Assembly (NCBI RefSeq): GCF_035084215.1
Contig: NC_090354.1
Location: forward strand, 2,790,001-2,854,000
Origin: Heptranchias perlo
Taxonomy: Eukaryota
Length of the DNA stretch: 64,000 bases
Direction of reading: 5' to 3'
Shown here: piece by piece, positions 1 to 13,255 of the stretch
How positions within the stretch are numbered: the stretch's first letter is position 1
Layout of the letters: each line of letters opens with the position of its first letter
Notes under the pieces: model-generated
Told to the model about the DNA's origin: nothing
Databases searched by the model: none
What the model saw: the letters and a program-made list of their open reading frames with translations, nothing else
Position numbers and translations under genes: made by a program

Positions 1-1841
1 GTGAACATGTTGGTCTAAGATTCAAGACCAGGGGAGCTGTTTCTACAGGGCTGTTTACAGTTCAGGCTAAGAGCCACAGGTATCAAGGAGAAAGCAGTAA
101 ATAGAACTTTTATTTTATAGATAGTGCCCTTCACCACCTCAGAATGTCCAAGAGCGCTTTACAGGTAATTAAGTACTTTTGAAGTGTAATCACTGTTGCA
201 ATATAGGAAATAAAGTCTAAATGTAAGAATGTGTTTTATCTATTTTAACAACTTGTGCTGAATAGAGGCAGGATATCGGATCAAGCCCACTACATAAAAT
301 GAGTACGACACCACTGATTTAGAGGAATTGCAATAGCAAACTAAACGCCAGCCAGAGAAAGCAAATGTCAAAACAACCACCAGTAAAACTGAGCAATTCA
401 GTTTCACAGTATACAATGAATTTTTCAGCCAAGGGACCAGAATTACTCAGAGTGGTTTCAGTGTCATTTCTCATCAAAAAGAAATGACACTCACTCCTAA
501 TTTGAGCAGGCAGCAAATGTCATGCTCATTTTGTTTTTAACCCTTCCAACAAAGAGTGCGGCAAGTTTCTCACCGCGGAATATTAATATTCACCCAAGCA
601 CCAACCGCTGCGCTCCAGTACAGGTGGGCAACAGTCTAATGAGTAGCAAAAATTTCACCTGGTTAGAACATTTTTAAAAAAAATTGGTCTAAGATGGACG
701 ATACAGCCAGAGACAGATGATTCTTAAGGAATTGAAAAGGTGTCAGTGCAGACATGGAGATGTGCACTGAGGCAGGGAAAGGCTGCTGCAGCCGAGAATT
801 AGAAGAGGAAAGCTGATGCACTGAGCGCTCGTATCCCAGGATCGCCATCGTCCCCTTCCCACAACCCGACGTGCTGCCGTTTCAAACCCGGAATATAACT
901 CAGCCCCAGGCTAGCTGGAGGAATTTACCACCCATCTCCCAGCACCCATGCTTAGAAGTGGCAAAACATAAGACATTTTATGGCCACATACAAAATGTGA
1001 GGACGCAATTCTGTGGAGCATTTACATCGCTCAGAGTCACAGAACACTCATTTAAAGTTTGAAAAAAATTGCTCGACTGTGAATAGCTTGAAGCTGCTGG
1101 GTTATGCGAGTGGGCAGGAGTCAAACCAGTCCTGCCCCGAGGTGGGCCCTGCGGACCTCAGGCCTGTTTTCCAAGTAAAGAAAGTTCTCAAACGGTGGTG
1201 GGATTTTAGGATGAAACTACTTGCGACAAAGTCGACCAGATCCCCCTCAGGGAGGTGTTCCTGACCCAGGCCCACATACTCTCAGCCTCCTGTCGGTACA
1301 CACCAGCAGCTTTACAAAATCTTCGTTACAACTGCTTTTACATGGTCACCATCTTAAACTTGTCTGGGAGGCCAATGTCACTGAGCCGATATTCACACTC
1401 CTAAACTTGGCTCCCTTATGCCAGCTACAGATTGTAGACACCTAAGAGACTAGAGTACGCTACCAGGATACAGGAACGCGGCGTCAATCGGAACCTTGGA
1501 AGCCAGCTTACAGACCCAGTCTCCTGGAATCTGAATTAAAACCGCACCAGTATAAGAGCAGCTTTACTTCACAGTACTGGCAACACATGGCACATTCCAT
1601 TGTACCCTGGCAACACCTTTACTGATTATTCTATATAAATAACGTGAAGCACACCCACCGTGGGCCCATCTCCTCACTGAGCAGAACAGCAGTTTACTCT
1701 GTTGGACTGCAGCGGTTCAAGGTGGCGGCTAACCACCACCTTCTCAAGGGCAATTAGGGATGGGCAATAAATGCTGGCCTTGCCAGCGACACCCACATCC
1801 CATGAACGAATAAAAAAAGTCACCAGAGGCTTCGATGAAGG

Positions 1842-2280
1842 TGTCAGCAGTGGCTCAGTGGAAGCACTCAGCCCTCCGAGTCAGAACGTTGTGGGTTCAA
1901 GTCCTACTCACCTAGGCTGACATTTCAGTGCCAGTACTGAGGGAGTGATGCACTGTCGGAGGTGCCGTCTTTCGGATGAGACGTTAAACCGAGGCCCCGT
2001 CTGCCCTCAGGTGGATGTAAAAGATCCCACGGCACTATTTCGAAGAGTTCGCCCCGGTGTCCTGGCCATTATTTATCCCTTAATCAATATCACTAAAACA
2101 GATTATCTGGTCATTGTCACACTGCTGTTTCTGGGAGCTTGCTGTGCACAAATTTGCTGCTGCGTTTCCTACATTACAACAGTGACTACACTTCAAAAGT
2201 ACTTCATTGTCTGTGAAGTGCTTTGGGTTTTCTGGAGGTTGTGAAAAGCACGATAGAAATGTAAGTCTTTCTTTCTTTCT
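1842..2280 (+). mobile_element. Deu-domain tRNA-derived SINE (SacSINE1-like)
   Basis: tRNA-like A/B boxes (TGGCTCAGTGG, GGTTCAAGTCC), Deu core GGATGAGACGTTAAACCGAGG..TAAAAGATCCC, 3' TTTC tail. Many other copies, e.g. ~2465-2755(-), 13367-13688(+), 13780-13983(-), 24013-24232, 26575-26955, 33026-33250, 35110-35315, 37568-37975, 50710-51148, 62010-62365(-). Confidence 0.85.
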
Positions 2281-3902
2281 TCTTACACCAGTCACCAAAC
2301 CTGAGCTGGATGATGAGAGTGTGCCCTGGAAACAAGCTACCTTCCCTCGCATGCCTGCTTTGTGGGTCAGAAGGATGTGCATTAAAAACCCATGATTCCC
2401 AGCAGAGTAAATTATTGAATGAGTGCTGCTGATCAATGCCAGGGGGAATTCAGCCCCACAATGTGACAATAACCAGATAATCTGTTTTAGTGATGTTGGT
2501 TGAGGGATAAATATTGGCCAGGAAATTTCTGTGAAATAGTGCCATGGGATCTTTTAGGCCCGCCTGAGAGGGTAGACAGGGCCTCGGTTGAATGCCTCAT
2601 CTGAAAGACGGCACCTCCGACAGTGCAGCACTCCCTCAGTACTTCACCAGGAGTGTCAGCCTGGATAATGGGGCTCAAGTCTCTGAAGTGGGGCTCGAAC
2701 CCACAACCTTCTGACTCAAGAGGCGGGAGGGCTACCAACTGAGCCACGGCTGACACCATAATGGGGAGAATTGGACCGGATTTGTTGAACTGGATTTTTT
2801 TTTTGTCAGTGTAACCTGCAGGTGGTGTTTGCAACTTTAAAAAAAAGGTAATGTTTAAAAATGCAAACCCGTACCTTTTAAAAGAAGAAGCGACCGACGT
2901 TAATAATGCATTTTAAACAGTCTTCTAATCCCACGGTTATTGTGTCTAAATCTTTTTTTAAAAATGCAAAATTTTTTTTTGGAATATAAATAATAAAAAC
3001 ACACAAACAAACAAAAGGCTTCTTCACAACCCGCCACGGTTATCGAATTGGGCGACCGCGCAGGCGCGGGGAAAAGCAAGATGGCGGCGGCCCCCGCCGA
3101 GCATGCCGGGAGATGTAGTCCCCGCCGCTGGAGGCCGGCTCCCATGGTGCTCCGCGGCCCGGCTCGAATGCTTGAGCGAAATGAGGGGGAGTTTAAAATC
3201 GCAAACTAACCCCAATGTTGAGTCAGGTTTAGGTTCGGGATCTGCTTAAAACACCGGAATCATTGGCTCCCGGCGGCTGCAGAATTCGGACTTAGGACAT
3301 GATTTGCCGTTGGACAGCGCGCGCATGCGCGGTGACGCGAGGCGGCGGACGGACTACAATCCGCGCGCGGCAGAGAGAAAAAAAAAATAGGAATTAAAAA
3401 AAAACCCGGGTAAATAAAAAAGAAATTATATGCACATCGGGTGTTAAAATGCAATTAAAACTAGGATCATAAACTAAATAATGCATTGCATTTTGCCCCA
3501 TTATAAACACGCATGCGCGCGCCAATCAAAGCAAGTTTGCATTAATATATAAATCAAATTTAACATTTTAAAAAAAAAATCGGTGAGAGATTTTTAAAAA
3601 ATCAACAAATTTGACCGCGGCGAGTGAGAGAAGGAAAGCACAATAACAAATAAAAATGTTTTTTTTTTGCTCAAGCCGCGGCCTACGGTGAGGGAAAGGC
3701 ACGAAACCCCGACACACAATAAAGCCCCGAGGCCGCCTTTTCCAGTACCCGCCTCAGCAGACGGTGGAAGTCGCCGCTCTATCGCGCGCAGAGCCTTCGC
3801 TATCTTTTAAAAGAAACAAATAAAAAGAAAGAAAATCTCCCAATCAAAAAAAAAAAAATTTAAAAAAAAAAGAGTGCGGGGGGGAAAAAAAAAATGCTTT
3901 AC

Positions 3903-4010
3903 CCATGTTGCCGCTGAAGATGGTGGCCGCCGGAGAGTCGGAACTAATCCGCGAGGAAAGGGCGAGGACCCGGACTCCGGAGGGGGCGGACCGCGGACCT
4001 CTGATGCTGC
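3903..4010 (-). other. Candidate first exon of a divergent gene running off the left edge
   Basis: Minus strand reads GC-rich leader ...GCGGCAACATGG|gtaaag (ATG 3906-3904, donor GT 3902-3901). 5' boundary approximate; no downstream coding exon recognised in 1-3900. Confidence 0.45.
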
Positions 4011-4013
4011 ACA

Positions 4014-4073
4014 CCGGAAGTGAAGAGGGAGCCAGAGAGAGAGAGAGATTTTGTTGACAGCTGTTTTTTTGAG
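4014..4073 (+). other. Candidate non-coding first exon of the SNX10/11-like gene
   Basis: Starts near ETS motif CCGGAAGTG and ends at GAG|gtaaat donor; the next exon has acceptor ctgacag| at 9071/9072. Start approximate. Confidence 0.5.
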
Positions 4074-6064
4074 GTAAATTCTGGGGTTTAACGGGCCTGC
4101 TGCAAACTCGGCTAATTATTAACTGCTGCACCTTACCTCCAGCTTTAAGTGGTTATTTCACTGCTGCAGATCACTGGCCTTGCTTTAAAAAAAAAAGCTC
4201 TCCATTTATATGAAAAGGTTTTGGAACATGGGAACAGGAGTAGACCTTTTAGCCCCTCGAACCTGTTCCGCCATTCAGTGAGATCACGGCTGATCTGTGA
4301 CCTAACTCCATATGCCCGCCTTAGCCTCATAATCCCTGATCACCTTTGGTTAACAAAAGCCTATCAATTTCAGATTTAAAATTAACAATTGAGCTAGCCT
4401 CAACTGTTTGCGGAAGAGAATTCCAAACTTCTCCCACCCCTTGAGTGTAGACCTGTTTCCTAACTTCACTCCAGAAAGTCCTGGCTCTAATTTTTAGGCT
4501 ATAATCCCCTAGTCCTAGACTCCCCAATCAGCGGAAATAGTTTCTCTCTATCTTCCCCATCAGTTCCCCTTAATATCTTGACAGCTTCGATCAGCTTAGT
4601 GGCTGCTAGATTGTCTTGACTGCAGACTGTGTGGTCTGGTCAGCTCCCTGGGATGCCTTTTCTAATAAAACCCTATAAGGATACTCTGGGTTGCCCCGGG
4701 GATGCAACTAATAGAAAACTAAGTCATATAAAAAAACAAAGGAAACTTAAATTAAATAATAATAGCACCACAGCAATACAAAAGCATAATACTGCAGGTG
4801 CAGGAAATCTGAAATAAAACAGAAACTGCTGGAAACACTCAGGCAGTGTCTGTGGAGAAAGTAACAAAGTTAACGTTTCAGGTCAATGACCTTTTGACAG
4901 AACTGAACAAACTTAGAGATTTAACAGTTTTTAAGCAAGTACAGAGCCAGGGGGAGGGGAGGAGAGGAAAGAACAAAAGGGAATGTCTCTGATAGAGTGG
5001 TGGGCAGGAGTGATTAAATTGTAAAAGGGATAATGGCGCATGGCAAAACAGGTGGTAATGGGACCTCATAATATTGCCACCTGTATCCAATATGCCCTCT
5101 AGTCCCTGCGGTGCCCACTTGTTGTGAAAAGCCTCGAACATAACAGCAGACATTGTGTGCTCTTTCTCCAGGGCCAGCTCCTGGAATAGGGTTCAATGCT
5201 CCTTTGACCCCCTGACAATTATTAATAAAGCTTTAATCTGAGGGGACTCAATCCAGTTAAAGTGGGAACTCAGGCTAGGAATTCCCTCAGTACTGCTGCA
5301 CTGGACTGTCAGCATAGATTATGCACTCAAGTCCTGGGGTGGGATTTGAACCAAAGTGATGCATGTTAGTGCTGGGAAGTGTCAGCATCAATCACTCCCA
5401 GTTCGGGTGTAGGAGAGATTAGATACAGAGTAAAGCTGTATTCTGTCTCAACTAAGATCAGCTAACTCTGGACAGGTTGGAGATCAAACTTGGCACTTTC
5501 CTGGTCTGTATTCGCTTGCTGAGCAGCATCTGATTTTTAGATGGTGACTATCTGTTTAATCTGTGACTGCCTGTAATTGAAGCAGTTCAGAGGTTTGTAG
5601 AAATTGTTCTCCTGTAGCTTGATCCCTCTGTATTTCAACTGTAGCATTTCTGCACCTGAATCGATCAGGTGATGCAGCTGAGGAAAAAAAGGTCAAGTGT
5701 GCAGACTCTTTATGAATGGCCACATGTTTTTGCTGTTTAAACAAAAAACAATCTTGGAAGTTCTAACCTAATATCATCATTTTTTTGACCTGCATATACA
5801 GTGAATGTCAATGCCAAGGGAGCTGATTGGAATAAATTACTGAACCTGACAACTGAAGGAGCTGAATTACAAAGGAGGGCTGATGCCACGCTCACAGCGG
5901 GAAGCTGTGCTCACAGAGAGTGCAGGTTGGAGAATCGATGTTACAGAGTTGTCGCACTTTTCCGGCCTGCAGTCCCACGGGCAGAGATTCCTTGCTTGGA
6001 GCTTGGGTTGGAGAATTGATGTAACGGTGTTGTCGCCCCATTTCTGACCCATGGTCCCTGCAAC

Positions 6065-6640
6065 AATGGCTTATTAATCTGCTGCTGAAACCCTCATCCA
6101 TTCCTTTGTTACCTCCAGACTCGACTATTCCAATGCTGTCCTGGCCAGCCTCCCACCTTCCACCCTCCGTAAACTTGAGCTCATCCTAACTCGCACCAAG
6201 TCCCATTCACCCATCGCCCCCTGTGCTCGCTGACCTACATTGGCTCCCAGTTCGGCAACACCTCGATTTTAAAATTCTCATCCTTGTTTTCAAATCCCTC
6301 CATGGCCTCGCCCCTCCCTATCTCTGTAACCTCCTCCAGCCCTACAACCCTCCGAGATCTCTGTGTTCCTCTAATTCTGGCCTCTTGCCCATCCCGATTT
6401 TCTTCGCTCCATCATTGGCAGCCGTGCCTTCAGCTGCCTAGGCCTTAAGCTCTGGAATACAATCTCTAAATGTCTACGCCTCTACCTCGCTTTCCTCTTT
6501 TAAGACATTCCTTAAAACCTACCTCTTTGACCAAGCCTTTCCTAATATCTCCTTATGTGGCTCCGTGTCAAATTTTGTTCAGTAAGTGTCATGGGACGTT
6601 TTACTATGTTTAAAGTGCTATATAAATGCAAGTTGTTGTT
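6065..6640 (+). mobile_element. L2-clade LINE 3' fragment
   Basis: [35 protein letters not shown], tail ATAAATGCAAGTTGTTGTT. Other copies ~9960-10340(+), 10375-10855(-), 31803-32272(-), 35330-36480(+), 40041-40600(-), 52575-52965(-), 60267-60470(-), 63455-63722(+). Confidence 0.85.
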
Positions 6641-9102
6641 GTTATTTGCTGGGAGCAAGGGTTGGAGAATTGGTGTTACAGAATTGTCTCCCTGTTTCTG
6701 ACCTGCAGCCCCGCGAGCAGAGCTTCCTCGCTGGGCGCACGGGATCGTGGAATTAACTGTACACTATTAACCCAGGGTGCTTCAGTAATCTTATTGTGTC
6801 AGCTGTCGACACCAGCCTCCAGTGTGATACCTCCTTCTATCCAGTTTCTGCCAATGATGTAGGGATGATCTGTTTTAATTGGCAGTATAATTATAAACAT
6901 GGAATTCTGCCAACTCATATCCTGGGAACTGTGAACCTGCCAAAATATACCCTTCCTCCAACAAGCTGCAGGCTTTTAAAACCCACAACCTTGGTGTCAC
7001 TAATCACTACCTTGTCTCCTCTTGTTGATTCAACCTTGTTAATGTCCTGCACTGTACATCTTGGCCCTTCACCACAGTTTTTCGATTTCAAAAAGGACTT
7101 CTAAATTCACCATTTAAAATCAGATTTAAACCAGGGAAAGAAAAAACATCCTCATGGTATTTATTCACTTCTCCTCCCCCATCTCTCTCTCTTTCCTTAA
7201 GCCATTGGATAGGATCAGGAAACAACAACCCTGGGTGATTTTTCTTTCCTCCCAACTCCGAGGTGCTGAGACCGATTGTACCATGTTTACAGTTGCCCTG
7301 GTGAGATAATCCAGTGGACCGGAATCTGTTCTGAGAATGGTGCGTCTTTGCCAACTGAGAGGTGGGAGACAGGCCCACATTTTATCAGTCTGTTGCACAT
7401 TGCCTCCACTCCCACACCCAAACTATGGGTTGTGAAATAACAAATTAAGAATGAGCAAAGCTCAACTTTGCTCTATTTTGGAACAGGGTCTTGGACTTGC
7501 TGCTGCCTGTCAGTGTTATTCAGATGAGAAAGCGAGAAGCGGGAGAGCTGTGACTCTGGGTAGAAACTCAGTGACTGGAATACCAACTGCAACACTGATA
7601 GTTGGCTAAACATTACATTGAAGGCCTGCCGGTGAGCTTTAATGGCTGTTTATCATCTTAGTCACAGTTACTCAATGGCATTGTAAAAAGTAAGATGATT
7701 ATCATTAGTTTAGTCAAAGAAATGTAAGGGAATGAATATTATTCTCGGGTTTCTTTTCCACATTTGTACTTGTACCTATGACTGAATTGAATGTTATTTT
7801 TGCAGGTTTTGTGCAGTCAGCACCGCTTTCACCAGAATGATACCGGGGATTAGAGGGTTAAGTTCTGAGGACAGGTTGCATGAACTAGGCTTGTGTTCCC
7901 TCGAGTTTAGAAGATTGAGGGGTGATCTAATCGAGGTGTTTAAAATGTTAAAAGGATTCGATGGGTCAGATACAGAGAAACTATTTCCTCTGGGGGGCGG
8001 GGGGAGGAGGAATCAAGAGCAAGGGGACATAATCTTAAAATTAGAGCCAAGCTGTTCAGAAGTGAAATCAGGAAGCACTTTTTCCACACAAAGGGGAGTG
8101 GAAATCTGGAACTCTTTCCCCCCCCCCTAAAAGGCTGTGGATGCTGGGGGTCAATTGGAGCTTTCAGTATTGAGAATGATAGATTTTTGTTGGGTAAGAG
8201 TATCAAGGGATACGGAGCAAAGGCAGGAAAATGGAGTTGAAGTGGAGATCAGCCATGATTTAATTAGGAACATAGAAAGGAAGGAACATAGGGACAGGAG
8301 TAGGCTGTTTAGCCCCTCGAGCCTGTTCTGCCATTCAGTGAGATCATGGCTGATCTGAGACCTAACCCCATATACCCGCCTTAGCCCCATATCCCTTGTC
8401 GCCTTTGGATAATACAAATCTATCAATTAACAAAAATCTACCAATTAAATGGTGGAGCAGGCTCGAGGGGCTGAATGGCCTCCTGTTCCCATGAACTGAA
8501 GAATGCTTTCAAAACCGTCCTGTTTCTCTCCTCTCCCTGTTGTGAAGGTGCTGACTCTTGGTTGCAGTACAGGTTTCATGGGCTTGGCACTTCTTCAGTG
8601 CTTCATCCTACACAGCCATGCTTCACCTGTGAGCCTAGACAGTGCATGTCAGCAGGGCATTTGACACACATGGGCAGAGGAGGAGGGCACATCACAACTT
8701 AGCTCGGTCCTGTCCTTGCCACTGCAAACATAGGCACCCTTCCCTACAAAAGTCACAAGATAGGGATCAGAAAGCCCAGGGGCAACTCAAGCTAATCTCG
8801 GCTGAGAGCTGCTAACTCAGCACAGACCCTAGTCCACAAAAATATTTCTTATCAGAGATTCATGGCCGAGCTCTGAACCTCTCTGTTGGCTGTGATGGAG
8901 TCTCTATTGGAGATGTGGAGGGAGGGGAGATTTCCAAAGGTGGTTTCAGTAAGAGGTTTTTTTTTTCAATTGAGCTTATTTTAATTGTGTTTTAGTAAAG
9001 TATACCGACTGAGAACTTACAGCCTTGATGTAAAATTCAACTGTTTAATTTGTGATTCTGTGCACTGACAGACGGTGCCCTGATTCTTCAACTGAAAACA
9101 AA

Positions 9103-9126
9103 ATGATGAAAGACCAGGAAGAAGAG
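9103..9126 (+). CDS. SNX11: Sorting nexin 10/11-like, first coding exon (MMKDQEEE)
   Basis: Exon 9072-9126 between gacag| and |gtgaga; 24 coding nt, phase 0, resembles the acidic N-terminus of SNX10/SNX11. Confidence 0.75.
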
Positions 9127-10937
9127 GTGAGATTTATTTCCTGAAATTTTCTCCCCTTTAAAGGTGTCCACTAACGCTGGCATCTGTCCTCCAGTACCGC
9201 ACCCAAGAGGCTATCTCTTCATTAGTGAGCCCAGAGAGATAGTGTCAGCAGGCTAATCGACATAGGAAAGGTTGAACAGGCTGGGGCTCTTTTCTCTAGA
9301 AAAGAGAAAACTGAAGGGTGACCTGATTGAGGTTTTTAAGATTACGAAAGGGTTTAGTTGGGTAGACATAGAGAAATTGTTTCCATTTGCTGGGAATCCA
9401 AAACTAGGGGTCATAAATATAAGATAGTCACTAATAAATCCAATAAGAAATTCAGGAGGAACTTCTTTACGCAGAGAGTGGTGAGAATGTGGAACTCGCT
9501 ACCACATGGAGTAGTTGAGGCGAATAGCATAGGTGCATTTTAGGGGAAGCTAGATAAACACATGAGGGAGAAAGGAATAGAAGGATATGCTGATAGGGTG
9601 AAATGAAGTAGGGTGGGAGGAGGCTCGTGTGGAGCATAGACACCAGCAAAGACCAGTTGGGCCAAATGGCCTGTTTCCGTGCTGTAAATTCTATGTAACC
9701 ACAGCCGAGCCTTATCTTGTCTTCGCTCGATGTACGTGTGCACACTTTCCAGGGGCGGTTACAGCACAGTACTTGGCGTCCCTGCTGTGCTTTGTGTTCC
9801 CTCTACCTAGTCCAGCTGTGTTGAGGTGAATTGCAGTGCCCCAACTGTTTTCATTATCCACTAACTACATGCATTACGTATCTCTGCATTCCATACAAAT
9901 CCATGGTAGACTAGGTATGATCTAAAATTAAGGTAAGGACTAAAATCCTGCTGTCTGTATCCTAACTCGCACCAAGCCCCATTCACTCATCACCCTTGTG
10001 CTCACTGACCTACACTGGCTTCCGGTCTACCAGTGCCTCAAATTTAAAAGTCTCATCCTCGTGTTCAAATCCCTCCATGGCCTCGCCCTTCTCTATCTCT
10101 AACCTCCTCCAGCCCCAACATCCTCCGAGATCTCTGCGTTCATTCAATTCTGGGCTCTTGCGCATCCCCCACTTCCTTCGCCCCACTGGCACCAGCTGTG
10201 CCTTCAGCTGCCTGGACCCTAAACTCTGGAATTCCCTCCCTAAACCTTTCTGCCTCTCTCTCCTCCTTTAAAACGCTCCTTAAAATCTACCTCTTTGACT
10301 AAGCTTTTGATCACCTGTCCTAATATCTCCTTTTTTGTCTGTGTCAATTTTTTTGTCTGATTATGCTCCTGTGAAAACAAAATTGGACATCGAGCCACAT
10401 ATTAGGACAGGTGACCAAAAGCTTAGTCAAAGATGTAAGTTTTAAGGAGAGTCTTAAAGGAGGAGAGAGAGGTTTAGGGAGGGAATTCCAGAGCTTAGGG
10501 CTGAGGCAGCTGAAGGCATGGCTACCAACGGTGGAGCAAAGAAAATCGGGGATGCGCAAGAGGCCAGAATTGGAGGACGGCAGAGATCTCGGAGGGTTGT
10601 ATTGCTGATAGAGATTATAGAGCTAGGGAGGAGTGAGGCCATGGAGGGATTTGAAAACATAGATGGGACTTTTACATTTGAGGTGTTTTGGATGTTCTGA
10701 AGTTTATGGAGAGTGGAAGATGGGAGGCCAGACAGGAGAGCGTTGGAATAGTCGAGTCTGGAGGTACCAAAAGCATGTATTAGGGTTTCAGCAGCAGATG
10801 AGCTGAGGCAGAGGCAGGGGCGGAGATGGGCGATGTTACGGAGGTGGAAGTAGCAGAAACCCACAGCATGGCAGCTATGCACAAAGCCAATCTGTGTTGT
10901 ATGTAATGTGTTTAACACTGAAACTTTGTGTTCGTAG

Positions 10938-11024
10938 GAATTCATCACTATACGAGTACAGGACCCAAGAATCCAAGACCAGGGTTCCTGGGCTTCGTAC
11001 GTGGATTATAAAATATTCCTTTAC
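10938..11024 (+). CDS. SNX11: Sorting nexin 10/11-like PX domain exon ([29 protein letters not shown])
   Basis: ttcgtag| acceptor, |gtgagt donor, 87 nt; closely resembles SNX11 [28 protein letters not shown] as recalled. Confidence 0.92.
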
Positions 11025-12084
11025 GTGAGTACAGTGCGTGTTGTTTGCTTACAAGTGTTTAAAATGATAAAGCGATTCGATAGGATAGATAGAGAGAAAC
11101 TATTTCCTCTGGTGGGGGAATCTAGGGGACACGATCTTGAAATTGGAGCTAGGTCATTTAGGAGGCAAATCAGGGGGCATTTTTTCACACACAGCATTGT
11201 GGAAATCTGGAACTCTCTTCCCCCAAAGGCTGTAGATGTTGGGGAACAATTAAAATTTTCAAGACTGAGATTGTTAGATTTTTGTTGGGTAGGAGTATCG
11301 AGTGATATGGAACCAAGGCGGGTAGATGCAGTTGAGGTACAAATCAGCCATGGCCTAATTGAAAGGCGGAACAGGCTCAAGGGGCTGAATGGTCTCCTCC
11401 TGTTCCTTGTGATGCCCCACCCCTCTGACCCTGGCCTTGCATCACGGTGGAGTGTGTGGCTGGGTTGTCAGCCTTGGCCCACGTCGCTGCCATGCTGCAA
11501 GCTGGCCACTGGGAGGCGAACGAGGGCAGTCCAGAGATGAGAGTCCCTGTGGGGCACGACTTGGCCTCGGATTGGTACCTCTTGCCAGCAGCATAACAGT
11601 TCGTTAACCCCAGGGAATCAAACCTGTGTCCCGTCACTGCTTCTCCGCTCCATGAATGTTTCCAGATCCACTTGGTAGTGACCCAGTCCTGGTCTCTGCA
11701 TACAGGAACTCAGCAGAGCAGGGATCAAAGCTGCTTGTCTCGACTCCAGGACTCCACTTCCTGGTCTTCCAACATGTAGCGCCATTCCCCCCCCCCCGGG
11801 AAGGCGGTGACTCTTGCTGTGGCACGTTTCCATAGATACCAGGTATCATCAGCACTTCGTCCAAGCAGCAGTTCTTCATGTGTGAGCCCAGACAGTTAGT
11901 GCTCATAGGCTATTGGACCGTGGGGTAGAAGCACCACATGGAGCCTGGTCCTGTCCTCGCCCGACATTCACACTTGCGCACTTGCTAGCAGGAGTTGTTG
12001 GACCCCGATCAGGAGCTGGAACCATGGCCCGTTTCCCTTTCCCCTAGGCCAGTGGTGTTGAGGTTAATTATCGTGCCCCTATAC

Positions 12085-12478
12085 CCCCCGATATTGCGGC
12101 CCCGTCACAGTGTGACTGACCCCATCCCCCGATATTGCGTCCCTGTCACGATGTGACTCACCCCACCCCCCGATATTGCGTCCCTGTCACGATGTGACTC
12201 ACCCCATCCCCCGATATTGCGTCCCTGTCACGATGTGACTCACCCCATCCCCCGATATTGCGTCCCTGTCACAGTGTGACTCACCCCACCCCCCGATATT
12301 GCGTCCCTGTCACGATGTGACTGACCCCACCCCCCCGATATTGCGTCCCTGTCACAGTGTGACTGACCCCATCCCCCGATATTGCGTCCCTGTCACGATG
12401 TGACTCACCCCACCCCCCGATATTGCGTCCCTGTCACAGTGTGACTCACCCCCCCCCCCCCCCACCCCCCGATACTGT
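12085..12478. repeat. Minisatellite, ~9 copies of a 40-42 bp unit
   Basis: Unit CCCCGATATTGCGTCCCTGTCAC(GAT/AGT)GTGACT(C/G)ACCCCA(T/C). Confidence 0.95.
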
Positions 12479-13154
12479 GGCCCTCCAAGGATTAGATTAT
12501 GAGGAGAGATTACATAAACTAGGCTTGTATTCCCTGGAATATAGAAGGTTAAGGGGTGATTTGTTTGGGAGATTTTTTAGGATTTTGAAAGGAATTAATA
12601 GGGTAGATAGAGAGAAACTGTTTCCACTGGTGGGGGAATCTAGGACAAGAGGACATAACCATAAAATCCGAGCCAGGACATTCAGGAGAGAAGTTAGGAA
12701 ACGCTTCTTCACTCAAAAGGTGGTAGAAGTGTGAAATTCTCGCCCACCAAAAGCAGTAGATGCTCGCTCAATCAACAATTTAAAATCTGAGATTGATAGA
12801 TTTTGTTAGCCAAGGGTATTAAGGGATATGGAGCCAAGGCGGGTGGATGGAGTTTGGAGTTTGGATACAGATCAGCTATGATCTCACTGAATGGCGGAAC
12901 AGGCTCATGGGGCCGATTGGCCTCCTCCAGTTCCTATGTTCCTATTCCTGCGCCAGCTAAGATCAGCTGACTCAGTACAGACCAGAGATTGAATCTGGAA
13001 CCTTCCTGCTCCACGTGGGGCTCAGTACCACGCTGGGCACGTCATTTACCCAGGACCGAGTGGGCTACTCGGGAGGGAGTACAGATTGTTACTGTTTGTC
13101 TGCTAGTCAAAATCAACAAGGTGAACTGACAGGCCACTTGCTGCACTCTTCCAG

Positions 13155-13255
13155 ACAAACAGCAAGGCTTTTACTGCAAAGACCTCCTGTGTACGGAGAC
13201 GATATCGGGAGTTTGTGTGGCTGAGGCGTCGGCTCCAGAAGAATGCTGGATTGGT
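13155..13255 (+). CDS. SNX11: Sorting nexin 10/11-like PX domain exon ([34 protein letters not shown])
   Basis: cttccag| acceptor, |gtaagt donor, 101 nt; contains the PX RRY phosphoinositide-binding motif; nearly identical to SNX11 as recalled. Confidence 0.95.

Larger units (their letters stand above)
3030..4100. promoter_or_regulatory. CpG-island promoter, probably bidirectional
   Basis: Local CpG/GC enrichment in a CpG-poor background. YY1-like AAGATGGCGGC (~3078), ZNF143-type GACTACA motifs (~3108-3120 on -, ~3352), NRF1 GCGCATGCGC (3321-3330, similar ~3509), CCAAT boxes (~3262, ~3522), ETS/GABP CCGGAAGTG (4014-4022). Confidence 0.85.

Noticed and set aside
1848-1910. tRNA genes at SINE heads
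   Set aside because: A/B boxes run directly into the Deu-SINE body; tRNA-derived repeats, not tRNA genes.
3081-3209. + strand ATGGCGGCG ORF in the CpG island
   Set aside because: Short, no donor and no recognisable protein; explained by the YY1 motif.
12085-12478. CRISPR-like array
   Set aside because: Eukaryotic context, no unique spacers, no cas genes; a plain minisatellite.
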